NCBI GenBank assembly: GCA_016845365.1
Contig: JAERST010000011.1
Location: 1,044-65,043, forward strand
Reading direction: 5' to 3'
Source of the DNA: Methanobacteriota archaeon
GTDB lineage: Archaea > Thermoplasmatota > Poseidoniia > Poseidoniales > Thalassarchaeaceae
Length of the DNA stretch: 64,000 nucleotides
Positions 48,554 to 59,300 of the stretch are shown one piece after another; position 1 is the stretch's first letter; each line of letters starts with the position of its first letter. Both the position numbers and the translations under genes were made by a program. A model generated the notes under the pieces. That model was not told where the DNA came from and made no database searches. It worked only from the letters and a program-made list of their open reading frames with translations.

Positions 48554-49870
48554 TCAATTGAATAGATGATTCTCGACCAATCTCGCGACATTTTTCTGGT
48601 GGCCGGGTAGTGTCATGACGTAAACCGCCGCTTGGCTCACCTGCCTCTTGCGCAAGGCTTCGGCAATGGGAGTGTGTTCGCGGAACCAGCGTGTTCTACC
48701 GTCGTCGCCGACGATGCGGATGTCTACGGCTGCCATGCGAGGCTCGGAAAGAAGCAACTTGACGCTCGGGACATCGACGGCGACGTACCCCGGTTCTAAT
48801 CCTGCACGGTGGGCTAAATCATCCTCGACTTGGCATCGCTTTTCTGAATCGGTAGCGATTTCGACGAGCCTAGCGATTTGCTCGGGGGTCAGCTCTTCTT
48901 GGCGGCGGCTCGTCGCAACCTTGAGCATTTGCCGATACTTGAGCCGGCGCATCATATCTCGAGCATAATCGCCGGCTTCGTAGAGGGCTTGCCAGATTTC
49001 AGCGTCAACTCTGCGCTGCATATCTGTGGGTTCTGGCAATTGGTCTGCGCTACGCTCAACCGCCCGGCTCAGCATGACTTCGGTGACTCGGGTCACTCGG
49101 TGGAAGTAGACTGCGCTGTACATTAGGCCGCGTGCCATCAACATGCCTTCGAGCGCGGCCAAACCGCCTTCCTCAACTGCGACATCGCCGCCGTGTCGGC
49201 GTAGGCAACTGATCAGGCGGCGATGATCGACGATTCCATGCTTAACTCCAGTAAAGTGGGAATCGCGCAATAAGTAATCCAATTGGTCACAATCGACCGG
49301 ACCGTGAACCAGATTTCCGAGCGTCCGGTCGTTAGAAACCAAATCCTCCTTTCCATCGGTCCATGAAAGCAAAGTCCGCTCTGTACCACGAGCATCCGGA
49401 CCGCGGATCAGGGCAGCGACATCCTCAGGCTCGATTCCATGGGCTTCGAGGATGTCTGGGATTCTTCGGCGCTCAGGAACAGACGACTCCTCACCCTCGC
49501 GCAATACATCGTAATCCCCGAGAATAATCCCCTCGGTAATCGACATGTGATCCAGTCCACCCCTCTCGTGTAAGATGTGTTCGAGAGTGTGCGAATAGGG
49601 GCCATGCCCAACGTCGTGGAGCATTCCGGCAACCTGAACTAGAGTCTTCTCGGATTCGTCGAGACCAATCGAATCAGCCATCATTCCACCAACATGTGAG
49701 ACTCCCAATGAATGCTCAAAGCGAGTGTGGTGCGCCCCGGGGAAAACCAGGTGAGCGAGGCCCAATTGCTTGATGTGACTGAGTTTGTTCATCTCGGGAG
49801 TATCGAGTAAATCCGAGCGGACCCCCTCGAGCTGAAATTGTCCATGGATAGCGTCGTTGATGACCTTCAT
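48554..49870 (-). CDS. HD-domain phosphohydrolase (SAMHD1/YwfO-like)
   Basis: KQLG..VFPGAHHTRFEHSLG, LHDVGHGPYSH, DCDQLDYLLRD, VYFH. Confidence 0.9.
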   Translation of the reverse strand: MKVINDAIHGQFQLEGVRSDLLDTPEMNKLSHIKQLGLAHLVFPGAHHTRFEHSLGVSHVGGMMADSIGLDESEKTLVQVAGMLHDVGHGPYSHTLEHILHERGGLDHMSITEGIILGDYDVLREGEESSVPERRRIPDILEAHGIEPEDVAALIRGPDARGTERTLLSWTDGKEDLVSNDRTLGNLVHGPVDCDQLDYLLRDSHFTGVKHGIVDHRRLISCLRRHGGDVAVEEGGLAALEGMLMARGLMYSAVYFHRVTRVTEVMLSRAVERSADQLPEPTDMQRRVDAEIWQALYEAGDYARDMMRRLKYRQMLKVATSRRQEELTPEQIARLVEIATDSEKRCQVEDDLAHRAGLEPGYVAVDVPSVKLLLSEPRMAAVDIRIVGDDGRTRWFREHTPIAEALRKRQVSQAAVYVMTLPGHQKNVARLVENHLFN

Positions 49871-49986
49871 GGCAAACCCTGCGCGATGCCGACTCGCTCA
49901 TCCGCCTTCAACTGAACTACGCGGGTGGGGGCTCGGCGAATGCAAGAATCAACAGAATTCGAGAAAAATCCCCTCGCGCAGTTTGA

Positions 49987-50019
49987 TTCAAATGTCTTTC
50001 AAATGCAATACACTTAATA
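49987..50019 (+). promoter_or_regulatory. Direct repeat (TTCAAATG x2) next to a TATA-like CTTAATA
   Basis: Repeats at 49987 and 49998 (11-bp period), upstream of the RHH gene. Confidence 0.4.
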
Positions 50020-50057
50020 CCCCCCCTCTGTCTTGGAGGCTCAGGAGGAAAGCCGGA

Positions 50058-50423
50058 GTGTCAGGTCACAGCCCGATGGTATCGCTCAGAATACCCGAAG
50101 ACCACTTGCTCGAACTCGAGCGCAGGGTCGGATTCGATGGGATGCGAAACAGGTCCGACGTGATCCGAGAAGCCGTCAGGCGTTACTTGGCCACACCAGC
50201 AATTTCCTCCGGTACCCGCGTCGAGGTCGACCTCGGACCGGACCTCAGCGCTCGCCTGGAGGACTTCTGTCGAATCCATGGCGAGATGCCTGATGTCGTT
50301 CTGAGATATGCGGCGCGCGAGCACATCGCGCGCGCATCGGCTGATGACGCCACGGTCGATGCGGCGCTGCGCAAGCGCCTCGACGAGCTCCGTGCTCGCT
50401 TCGACGAATCGACCGGACAATGA
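50058..50423 (+). CDS. CopG/NikR-type ribbon-helix-helix regulator, probably two RHH units
   Basis: VSLRIPE...NRSDVIREAVRRYL; second unit RVEVDL...VLRYAAREHI; AGGAGG upstream of GTG. Confidence 0.8.
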   Translation: MSGHSPMVSLRIPEDHLLELERRVGFDGMRNRSDVIREAVRRYLATPAISSGTRVEVDLGPDLSARLEDFCRIHGEMPDVVLRYAAREHIARASADDATVDAALRKRLDELRARFDESTGQ

Positions 50424-50433
50424 GGTGAGAGAC

Positions 50434-50658
50434 TTGGGTGAGAATGGGATGCACTCTAACTCCGCGGGGGGGCGACCACGTCGCCCCTCCGCACAACACC
50501 CCTCAAAGGCAAGGATAACCGTTGGATTCGGCGGACTGCGCCGCCGCGCGCGACTGTCAAACGCAGTCGGATATACTGCTCGTGAAGCACCTCGAAGCGA
50601 GCGACCGAACCTCTCAACACGAAGTCGACACCACGATCTCGAGAAGCGAGAGAATTGA
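50434..50658 (+). CDS. Small, highly basic hypothetical protein (74 aa)
   Basis: GAGGTGA RBS before TTG; followed by a perfect hairpin. Confidence 0.55.
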   Translation: MGENGMHSNSAGGRPRRPSAQHPSKARITVGFGGLRRRARLSNAVGYTAREAPRSERPNLSTRSRHHDLEKREN

Positions 50659-50675
50659 GAATCAACACACACACC

Positions 50676-50698
50676 GTCCCGCCCACCTCGGGCGGGAC
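50676..50698 (+). terminator. GC-rich hairpin after the RHH operon
   Basis: GTCCCGCCC-ACCTC-GGGCGGGAC, a perfect 9-bp stem. Confidence 0.55.
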
Positions 50699-50803
50699 AC
50701 CTCAATTAGCTCCCAATTCACCTGCAATTTCCAGCCACAACACCCCTAATCCAACTGACTGTGCAGTCTGAACCTTGATGGGTGAGAAGCCGAATCAGGC
50801 ATC

Positions 50804-53716
50804 ATGGCGGTTGGCATCTCCGACCTCGCACGCTTCGAGAGGCTCACCCCTTTTCGCGTGCGAGATGTACTCCTCGTCGCCAGCCCATTCGACCACTATC
50901 TACTGGAGGAATCGGGCCATCTCGCCGAAATTATGCGACAGGAGTACAAGGACCTCAATCTCTCTCAAGCCCCGCGAATGATTCACAGCCCCCAAGCAAA
51001 AGATGCCCTCGAATTGCTACGCACGAGAAGTTTCGACCTCGTCATCACGATGGCGAGAGTCGGTGCCATGGATGCATACGCCTTCGGCCGGGAAGCAAAG
51101 CGCATCAAAACAGACCTTCCGGTAGTTATGCTCAGCCACAATACCCGCGAATTAGCAACATTACACGCGGGCGACGGAATCGACCGAATTTTCGTCTGGA
51201 CCGGCGATAGTCGAATCCTACTCTCGATTTGCAAACTAATCGAGGATGAACACAATGTCGCAAACGATGTCGAAAATGCTGACGTCCAAGTCATCCTTCT
51301 AGTCGAAGACAGTCGTCGATTCTACTCAGCCTACCTACCACTCCTCTACACCCAGCTCGTCCATCAGACCATGCGGCTGATGGGAGAAGGCGGAAACCTC
51401 CACGAGAGGCTGCTGAGACTGCGCGCGCGAGCCAAGATTTTGCTAGCCAGCGATTACCAAACCGCGCAGGAATTATTCGACAAATATCATCACAATATCA
51501 TCGGGGTTTTCACCGACGGAAAATTCCCCGACCCAGTCGATGGAAGGGATACTGCTGGGTTGAAGTTGGCGAGTTACGCCAGAGAGCGTCACTCGAATCT
51601 ACCGATTTTATTCCAATCAAAAAATGCTGAATTGAAGGGAGATGCGGAGGCCCTGGGAGTGAGGTTTTTGCACAAGGAAGACCCTCAGTTGTACGCCCGA
51701 ATCGCCGAGTTTATGCTTGAAGAAATGAGCTTTGGTGACTTCGTTTTCAAGATGCCAGATGGGGCTGAAATCGCTCGTGCTTCGACGCTTAGAGAGTTGA
51801 CTGAGAGGCTGAAGGAGGTCCCGATTGAGTCGGTTGAATACCATGCCCAACGCAACCATTTCTCACACTGGTTACGCACTCGCACAGAGTTCACTTTGGC
51901 CGCAAGCCTACGTCCCATGACGCTGTCGGATTTTGAGACGACAGAGGAGATTCGCCGATTTATTCTCGAGACGATTGAGGCGCACATTGCACAGATTCAC
52001 AGCAGGACGATTCGAGACCACGATGCTGAGAGCCTCGAGATTGGGTTCCACCGGATTGGCCGGGGGAGTCTGGGCGGGAAGGGTCGTGGTCTCGCCTTTT
52101 TCTTTACGCGGATGCCTGACCTCGGGCTTGAGGATGAATTCCCCGATGTTGATTTCATTGTGCCGAGGTCGGTTGTGCTTGCGACGGATGTATTCGACGA
52201 ATTCATCGAAGCGAATGGGTTAGCGAATTATGCCCATGAGGATCTCGATGATTCGGAGGTTGATCGAGCCTTTTTGGCGGGAGAGTTGAGTGGCTCGATT
52301 CGCGATGAATTGACTGCGATGGTCTCGCAATTGAGGCGGCCGTTGGCGATTCGCTCATCGAGCCTATTGGAAGATGCCAGTCACCAACCATTCGCGGGTG
52401 TTTATGCCACGCACATGCTTGCGAATGACCACGATGATGTCTCGGTTCGTTTGGCACGATTGGAGGAGGCTATCAAAATGGTTTATGCCTCGACATATCA
52501 CAAGAGTGCTAAGGCATATGTTTCAGCGACGCCATCCAATATCGAAGATGAACGGATGGCAGTGGTGATTCAGGAACTGGTTGGAAGAGAGGTGAATGGT
52601 CGATATTATCCACATATTTCTGGGGCGGCGCGGTCTCGAAATCACTACCCAGTCGCGCCGCTGCGAGCCGAGGACGGGATTGCAGCGGTTTGTATCGGCC
52701 TCGGCCGGCAGGTCGCCTCGGGCGAGAAATGTCTGAGATTCAGCCCGGGGCAACCTAAGCGAATTCATCAATTTCACAGCACAGCCTCGATGTTGGACAC
52801 TTCGCAAACCAGTTTTTGGGCGATTCCGATGGGAGAATCTGAGAAGCCGGTCTCGCCGGACGAAGCAGAGAATTTGGTGAACCTCGGATTATGGGAGGCA
52901 GAGACCGATGGGCGACTCGGCTTGGTCGGTTCGACCTATGTCACGGCTGACGATAGGATGGTCGACTCTGTGAAGACCGGAGGAGGCCCAAGAGTGGTAA
53001 CTTTCGCACCGGTTCTCAAACACAATCGCGTTCCTCTGGCAGGGATTTTACACCATGTTCTGACCAGATGTGAAGCCTACCTGAATTCGCCCATAGAAAT
53101 TGAATTCGCCTTCATCACCGATGATGAGACGGACCAGCAAATATTCGCTCTACTGCAGGTCCGTCCGATGTTAGAAGAGTCGGTCGACATCGATATCGAC
53201 ATGAGTGAAGTCGACCGAAACCGAGCGATTTGCATGTCTAGCCGCTCGCTCGGCAATGGGGTAATCGATGATATTCAGGATGTAGTCTACATCCACCCTG
53301 AACGCCTCGACCGAATGCGAACCGGCAATCTCACCGACCATATCGAGGCAATCGATGCACAATTGAGAGCAGCAGGTCGGCCCTACCTGCTAATCGGTCC
53401 CGGCCGATGGGGTTCGTCAGACCCTTCGCTTGGCATTCCAGTATCTTGGGACCAAATTAGGGGGGCGAAGGCGATTGTCGAGGTGCCGATGTCCGATATC
53501 CACGTCGAGCCAAGTCAAGGAACTCATTTCTTCCAAAATATTGTCTCATTTCACATCGGATATCTGACGATAACCGCAGACGATATGCTCGATTTCGAAT
53601 GGTTAGATCGGGTTGAACACGAGACTGAAATCGGCCCACTGCGACACATCGGCCTCAATAAACCATTGAAAGTGGTCCTCGATAGTCGGGACTCAGAAGC
53701 GATAATCCTGCGCTGA
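50804..53716 (+). CDS. Receiver-domain / PEP-pyruvate-binding (PPDK_N ATP-grasp) domain protein
   Basis: Two REC-like domains; SLGGKGRGL, AIRSSSLLED..FAG.Y, MAVVIQE, IEIEFA..LLQVRP; C-terminal PGRWGS and PSQGTHFF. Confidence 0.88.
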   Translation: MAVGISDLARFERLTPFRVRDVLLVASPFDHYLLEESGHLAEIMRQEYKDLNLSQAPRMIHSPQAKDALELLRTRSFDLVITMARVGAMDAYAFGREAKRIKTDLPVVMLSHNTRELATLHAGDGIDRIFVWTGDSRILLSICKLIEDEHNVANDVENADVQVILLVEDSRRFYSAYLPLLYTQLVHQTMRLMGEGGNLHERLLRLRARAKILLASDYQTAQELFDKYHHNIIGVFTDGKFPDPVDGRDTAGLKLASYARERHSNLPILFQSKNAELKGDAEALGVRFLHKEDPQLYARIAEFMLEEMSFGDFVFKMPDGAEIARASTLRELTERLKEVPIESVEYHAQRNHFSHWLRTRTEFTLAASLRPMTLSDFETTEEIRRFILETIEAHIAQIHSRTIRDHDAESLEIGFHRIGRGSLGGKGRGLAFFFTRMPDLGLEDEFPDVDFIVPRSVVLATDVFDEFIEANGLANYAHEDLDDSEVDRAFLAGELSGSIRDELTAMVSQLRRPLAIRSSSLLEDASHQPFAGVYATHMLANDHDDVSVRLARLEEAIKMVYASTYHKSAKAYVSATPSNIEDERMAVVIQELVGREVNGRYYPHISGAARSRNHYPVAPLRAEDGIAAVCIGLGRQVASGEKCLRFSPGQPKRIHQFHSTASMLDTSQTSFWAIPMGESEKPVSPDEAENLVNLGLWEAETDGRLGLVGSTYVTADDRMVDSVKTGGGPRVVTFAPVLKHNRVPLAGILHHVLTRCEAYLNSPIEIEFAFITDDETDQQIFALLQVRPMLEESVDIDIDMSEVDRNRAICMSSRSLGNGVIDDIQDVVYIHPERLDRMRTGNLTDHIEAIDAQLRAAGRPYLLIGPGRWGSSDPSLGIPVSWDQIRGAKAIVEVPMSDIHVEPSQGTHFFQNIVSFHIGYLTITADDMLDFEWLDRVEHETEIGPLRHIGLNKPLKVVLDSRDSEAIILR

Positions 53717-53809
53717 CCCTTGAGAGCCTTGCCACTCTGACGGCTTTGGCTCGTTCTGACTTAACTTCGGGCCAATCTTCTTGGGCGTTCTAGCGACAGG
53801 ACGGATTCC

Positions 53810-55825
53810 ATGAGCGGCGATGCTGTCGAAACCTCGCTGAGGTACTTCGCTCACGAGGAGGTTCGCGACTCCCAAGTGGAGATGGTTGAGGATGGTCTAA
53901 CCTCGCTTCTCGCCGAGGGATTCCTGATGGCTTCGGCGCCGACTGGAATCGGAAAGACAGCCGCGGCTCTGGCAAGCGCAATCGCGGCTCAGAGAGCTTC
54001 TGCGAGCCAATTGAGAATTCTATTCCTCACCGGAAGACAATCCCAACATCGGATAGTTGTCGACACGGTTCGTCGTATCAATCAGAAAATGGGTGAAGGC
54101 GAGCCGTTGTTGCGCTTGGTTGACCTAATCGGCCGCGAAAGCATGTGTGAGAATGTCGACCGCATGAGTGGGCGATGTGATTGCGAAGAGCAACTCGACG
54201 GGTCCATGCGAGAGGAGTTGCGTGCTGATGTGCGCTCGCAAATGTGGCGAGAGCCGATGCATGTTGATGACTTGACTCGTACTTGCCGTCGCCTCAATTT
54301 GTGTGCCTGGGCGACGGCTCGTGAAGCTGCGAAGAGTACGGATATTCTCGTTTGTGATTACAATCATGTCTTCGTCGAGGGAGTTCGCGAGGCATCTCTG
54401 CCCGCGATGGGAATCGAACTCGAAGAATCGATTCTGATTATCGACGAAGCCCATAACCTTCCAGATAGAATTCGTAATGGGATGGAGCGTCGCATAATTT
54501 CGAAGACCTTCCGCGACGCTCGATTCGAGGTGCAGGAGCACCTCGAGAAAGAAATCGAAAAAGCGGCTAGGAATGGAGAGGAGGTTGACCTTGATGAAAT
54601 GGAATGGGCCGAGAGGTCTCTCAAGAAACTCCAATCCGATATGTCTCGCTGGTTCTCCGCGCGAGAGAAGGAACTCTCGCGCGCATCAGATGACGATATG
54701 CGAGTTGAAACCACAGATTTACTCAAGGAGATGGATGCAATCCTCTCCGAATCGCTCGACGAGGCGCCGAGCGGAAAATATGCCAATCTGAAGAGATTGG
54801 TCGCTCAGTTATACTCGGTCCAAGTCGACCCCGACGAGGATGATGAGGATGAGAAGGAGACCAGTTGTGAGAGGCTTGGTGCCTTCATCGCAACTTGTGG
54901 AACCTATGAGGAATCACCGGCTCTCGTCCTTGTTTTTGATAAATTGACAGACGACGATCCGCGGGTTAGGTCATTCCTACTGGACCCCGGAGTAGTCTCA
55001 GGCGCTTTGTTTGAAGCATCTCGCGGCGCCCTGTTAATGTCGGGAACTCTGTTTCCGCCAGAGATGTACCGCGACCTGCTTCGTCTTCCTGAGGAGCGAG
55101 GTGTGACCGCGAAGGAGTACGATTCGCCTTTCCTCAGTGAACGGCGGCCAGTGTTGATCGCCCAAAATACGACCTCGCGGTATACCGAACGGGGCGAGAA
55201 TAATACCAACAATATCCGTGACCACATCATCGAAGTAATTCGAAACACTCCGGGCCATGTCGCCCTCTTCGCGCAAAGTTACGCGATGCTCGAGACTGTT
55301 CTCGACGACTATCGCTGGATTCCCTGGGGAGTTCGGGTGGAGAAAGAACGCCCTCGCATGTCAAAACGGCAAGTTGGCGATATGGTGGAGAATCTGTATC
55401 GCAAGCGCCGCACTGGAGACCGAGTTCTACTGTGCGGCGTACTCTCGGGCAAGCTGGCTGAAGGCGTCGATTATCCAGAAAATATCCTCGACGCCGTAAT
55501 CTGCATCGGCTTGCCCGTACCCCCTCCCAGCGCTCGACAGAAAGCCCTCACCGAATACTGCGAGGACCGATTCGGCTCTCACGCTGCTCGGCGCTATTCA
55601 AGCCATCAACCAGCCGTGAACAGTGTCCTTCAAGCGATTGGGAGGCCAATCCGTAAGGGTGAGGACCGAGCCTTGGTGGTTATCCTTGAGAAGAGGGTTA
55701 GAGAGAGGCCGTACAAATTCTGTTTGCCATCGAGTTTGCAAGTCATGAAATCACAAGATTCCAAGCGCACAGCCCGGGTTGCTCAGCGCTTCTTCGAGAG
55801 GTTTCCAGACCCAGCAATCGAGTGA
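53810..55825 (+). CDS. XPD/Rad3-family Fe-S DNA helicase
   Basis: APTGIGKT, Cys cluster, DYNH, IIDEAHN, MSGTL, EGVDY, QAIGRPIR. Confidence 0.92.
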   Translation: MSGDAVETSLRYFAHEEVRDSQVEMVEDGLTSLLAEGFLMASAPTGIGKTAAALASAIAAQRASASQLRILFLTGRQSQHRIVVDTVRRINQKMGEGEPLLRLVDLIGRESMCENVDRMSGRCDCEEQLDGSMREELRADVRSQMWREPMHVDDLTRTCRRLNLCAWATAREAAKSTDILVCDYNHVFVEGVREASLPAMGIELEESILIIDEAHNLPDRIRNGMERRIISKTFRDARFEVQEHLEKEIEKAARNGEEVDLDEMEWAERSLKKLQSDMSRWFSAREKELSRASDDDMRVETTDLLKEMDAILSESLDEAPSGKYANLKRLVAQLYSVQVDPDEDDEDEKETSCERLGAFIATCGTYEESPALVLVFDKLTDDDPRVRSFLLDPGVVSGALFEASRGALLMSGTLFPPEMYRDLLRLPEERGVTAKEYDSPFLSERRPVLIAQNTTSRYTERGENNTNNIRDHIIEVIRNTPGHVALFAQSYAMLETVLDDYRWIPWGVRVEKERPRMSKRQVGDMVENLYRKRRTGDRVLLCGVLSGKLAEGVDYPENILDAVICIGLPVPPPSARQKALTEYCEDRFGSHAARRYSSHQPAVNSVLQAIGRPIRKGEDRALVVILEKRVRERPYKFCLPSSLQVMKSQDSKRTARVAQRFFERFPDPAIE

Positions 55826-55876
55826 GGAACAGTCGTTGCATTCATCCGACACGCGTGCATGGGAGGGGTGAGAGAC

Positions 55877-56335
55877 ATGTGGCAGGACATCGTAATCGAG
55901 GGTGCTGATTTCGTCGGAAAGGATGTTTCTCACGCCGAATACGGCCTCGACGTAACCGCTGAGATGATGCACCAGAGATTTCTATCTGAGATGAGCCACT
56001 TGGAAGCTGTGCGACTCTCGCATGAGAGGATTGTTGCCGAGGCGGCGAGTACTGTCGATTCATCGCGCGCCTCGCTACGCGGAGTCGATTCACCGAGCCA
56101 AGCATTCGAAGCATTGGATGGCTCGGTGGTAGAAACTGGATTCGATTTAGAGTTGAATGTCGAGTCATTGACCGACCTCTCGGTCAGCACCAGTATCATC
56201 GATGGTGAACGAACAGTGAGAATAATTGCGCCTGAGAGATTCGGTGGCATGATTCACACGCTTTCGCTTCCTCCAGCGCTTGATGTCGAAGCCGCGACAT
56301 TAACCGAGGGGACGCTGAGTCTCACATTCCGCTGA
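55877..56335 (+). CDS. Hypothetical protein with Hsp20/CS-like C-terminus
   Basis: 'HTLSLPPALDVEAATLTEGTLSLTF'; GGGGTGA RBS before ATG 55877. Confidence 0.55.
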   Translation: MWQDIVIEGADFVGKDVSHAEYGLDVTAEMMHQRFLSEMSHLEAVRLSHERIVAEAASTVDSSRASLRGVDSPSQAFEALDGSVVETGFDLELNVESLTDLSVSTSIIDGERTVRIIAPERFGGMIHTLSLPPALDVEAATLTEGTLSLTFR

Positions 56336-56363
56336 ATTGCGGCTCATCATAGCCACAGGGCAA

Positions 56364-59300
56364 TCATGCCGCGGCTTCGGTCAATTCGTAGGAGTCACGC
56401 TCTGGAACATCCTGCAATTCATCGATTTCCTGAAGCACCATCGAAAGAGCATGTTGTGCATTCTGCCTGTGACCATCGCCAAGTCGATGGGAAGAATAGC
56501 GAGCTTCCTCGAAGATTCGGTCGAGAGCAACGAGAGCCTGCTCGCCGATCGGAAGAGCCTTGCGAATTGCCATTTCGAACTCACGTACAGTTTCGAAATC
56601 TCGTCGTAGGAATCCGTGCCTCATCAGAATATTGCAAAGGCTCTCGTAGCAGTTGAAAATCGCCTCGCGAATCTCATCGCCGGCAGCCAACAACTCAGCG
56701 GTATAGCTGAAGATTCCTGCCATCTCCTCGAGAGCAGCCTGTCGACGGCGTCGCAAGGATAGGGCTAGACCTGCTGCGGTTCCTAGAATCAAGATGACTC
56801 CGACAACGGCGATGATTTGCCAGAACGTTAGAGGCGGCGCAGGGTCTTGGTAAGTCATCTGAATGCCTCCGTGCTCATTAGCCAACCAGAATCGGTCAGC
56901 CGGACTGATCAATTGCGAATCCGTTTGGAAAATGAGTGTTAGGTCGCCCCACCTCGACTTATCGTAGAATGAAGGTTGGTTCTCGATTTCAAAGCGGTAA
57001 TCCATTACTCCATTGGAATCAGTCAACTTGACATTCTGGAAGTGAATCATACTGCTATTGACCAATCTTGCAACGATTGAGATTCCCTCAACGGGCAATC
57101 CTGTATCCTTCGCGGTGATTGTCACATTGCCTTGGATGACTCGTTGATTCTCCTTGATGTGATGGCCTTCTGGATTGAAAGTGAAAGTCACTGGGACTCT
57201 GATGTTGACGACGTGTTCTATCGTTGCACTATTGAGGTAACGTTCTGCATCCGAAAGGGCTGCAAGTTGTAGCGAAAGTTCACCAGCGGGCATTGTTGAC
57301 CTCGCAGGCGAGCTCAATTCGAAGTGTCCTGTGGATTCGTCCCAAAGTACGGTCGAACGCTCTGCAACGCCGTCCCAGAGTAACGCGAGTTCCATCTCTT
57401 CGATGACATCTCCTTCGCCTCCGACCTCGACTATTCTGCCGACTAATTCGATGTCGTAGGCGTCATTCGAGCGGATGATGATGTCGGTTTGCCAAAGTAA
57501 TTCGATCACCACATCCGCTCGCGCGAAAACAGTCATGTTGTATTCGACTGGGAGATAGAATGTCTGTCCCTCAAAGGTAAATCGGACATCGTGTCCACCA
57601 CGCGCAATCAAGTAGCCAATCGCGTGGTCGAACTTGAAATTACCATCGTATCCAGTGGTGGTTCGGTGAATCTCTTCACCGTTCAAAGTGACGATAATCT
57701 CCCGTCCAACCAATCCCGGAGCACCGGCGGTGTCAGCATCGAATAGTCGTCCTGTGAAGTTCCACTTCTCGCCTCTTGTAACCGAGACATCATCCACTTG
57801 CAGGTTCATTCCGGTGTGGTAGGCGATGGTCAGGTTGGCGTCGATGCTTCCTGGGCGATGGTAACCTTGGGCGGGAGCGGAGATTGTCAGAGTGTGGAAT
57901 CCTACATCGAGGAAGTCTGAGATGACCCAATTGTAGGACCAATCGCCATTCTCGTCCGTTGAGGTGATTCCCATGAGTGTTCCATCGATGAATATCTCAA
58001 TCGAGTGGTTGGCGAGCCAACCGTCGGGGAGATTGTCTCGCACGGTTCCTGTCAATCGTAGTTCATCGCCAACCGCGTGTGCGACTGGCGGGTCGACGTG
58101 GACTATTGCTGGACCGTAGACTGTGAAGACGGTGGTCGAATTTGAAGCGAGGATGAATTCCTCACCGGCGTATGTGATCTTCACCAGGCGCGGCCCGAGC
58201 GGCATGTCAGGCGGTATTGGGACGAATATGCTGAATGTACCATTGCTTTCAACGGTCAAGCCGGTGAGGAATTGACCGTTCATTGTCACCTCAAGATAAC
58301 GGTCTCCGAGGGCTCGACCGGCTCCATCGGTGAGCATCCCCTCGATGAGTAGTAGCTCATTTCGGTCAACCTCGCCGGGCGGGGTGGTTAGTACGACTTG
58401 AGAAGTCTGAGTGACGTTGAACATCTCAGTCGTGCTAGATGGCAAGTAATATTCAGGATTCAGTGAATCTCCCTGACCCATCGGGTCGACCCAAGTGAAT
58501 CCACCAAGGAACTTGGCGGTGACCAGATGGGCACCATAATCCGTATCGAGCGGGAGATTGTAGGTCACCGACCACTCTCCGCTGGATGCATTGGTGCGAG
58601 TTGTGTAGGCTGAGCCGACATCGACACCGTCAATCCAGATGTGAATAATTCCGCCAGAGAATAGCCCTCCATTGGTTAGAGCTTGACCGTGCTCATCGAG
58701 GAGAGTGCCGGTGAATGTGATGCTTTCTCCGGCAATCATCGAACCGGTCATTTCGGTAATCTCGAGGACTGAAGGAGCCAGGACGATTACCCGTGTCCAT
58801 GTAGAATCTCCATTGAGACCGGTGGTTCCGTTGATACCGGCGAATTCAGCAGTGATTAGCATCGGACCTTGTTCTCGAGTCGCTTCGACTGGGATGACGA
58901 TGGTGGCTCGTCCGTCGACGTCGGTTGGCACAGTCTGAAGGACCGTTCCATCGACGAGGACGTCGACATTCGCATTGCCAACGAGTTGGCCAGCATTATC
59001 GATTAGTGAGATATTGACGCTGACATCATTACCACGAACGACTCTTCGATCGGGGTCGAGGTCGGCTGGGTCAACGATGGTAATCAGTGAGTAGCCGCGG
59101 CTATCGAAGGTGCCGATGCCGCTGCTAGAACTGTAGTAATTCACCGTAGGCGTGTAGGTGGCCGCGATACTGTGAGTACCCCTTGGGAAGGAGAGACCGA
59201 GGGTGATTACGGCACTCCAGGTTCCATTCGGATTGACCGACCCGCCCGATACTTGGAATCCACTATCGTCGCCATCGATTTCGAATGTCAGGAACGCGGC

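Noticed and set aside
48554..49870. HD protein as an antiviral dNTPase system
   Set aside because: Housekeeping context and no defence genes nearby; cannot be supported from sequence
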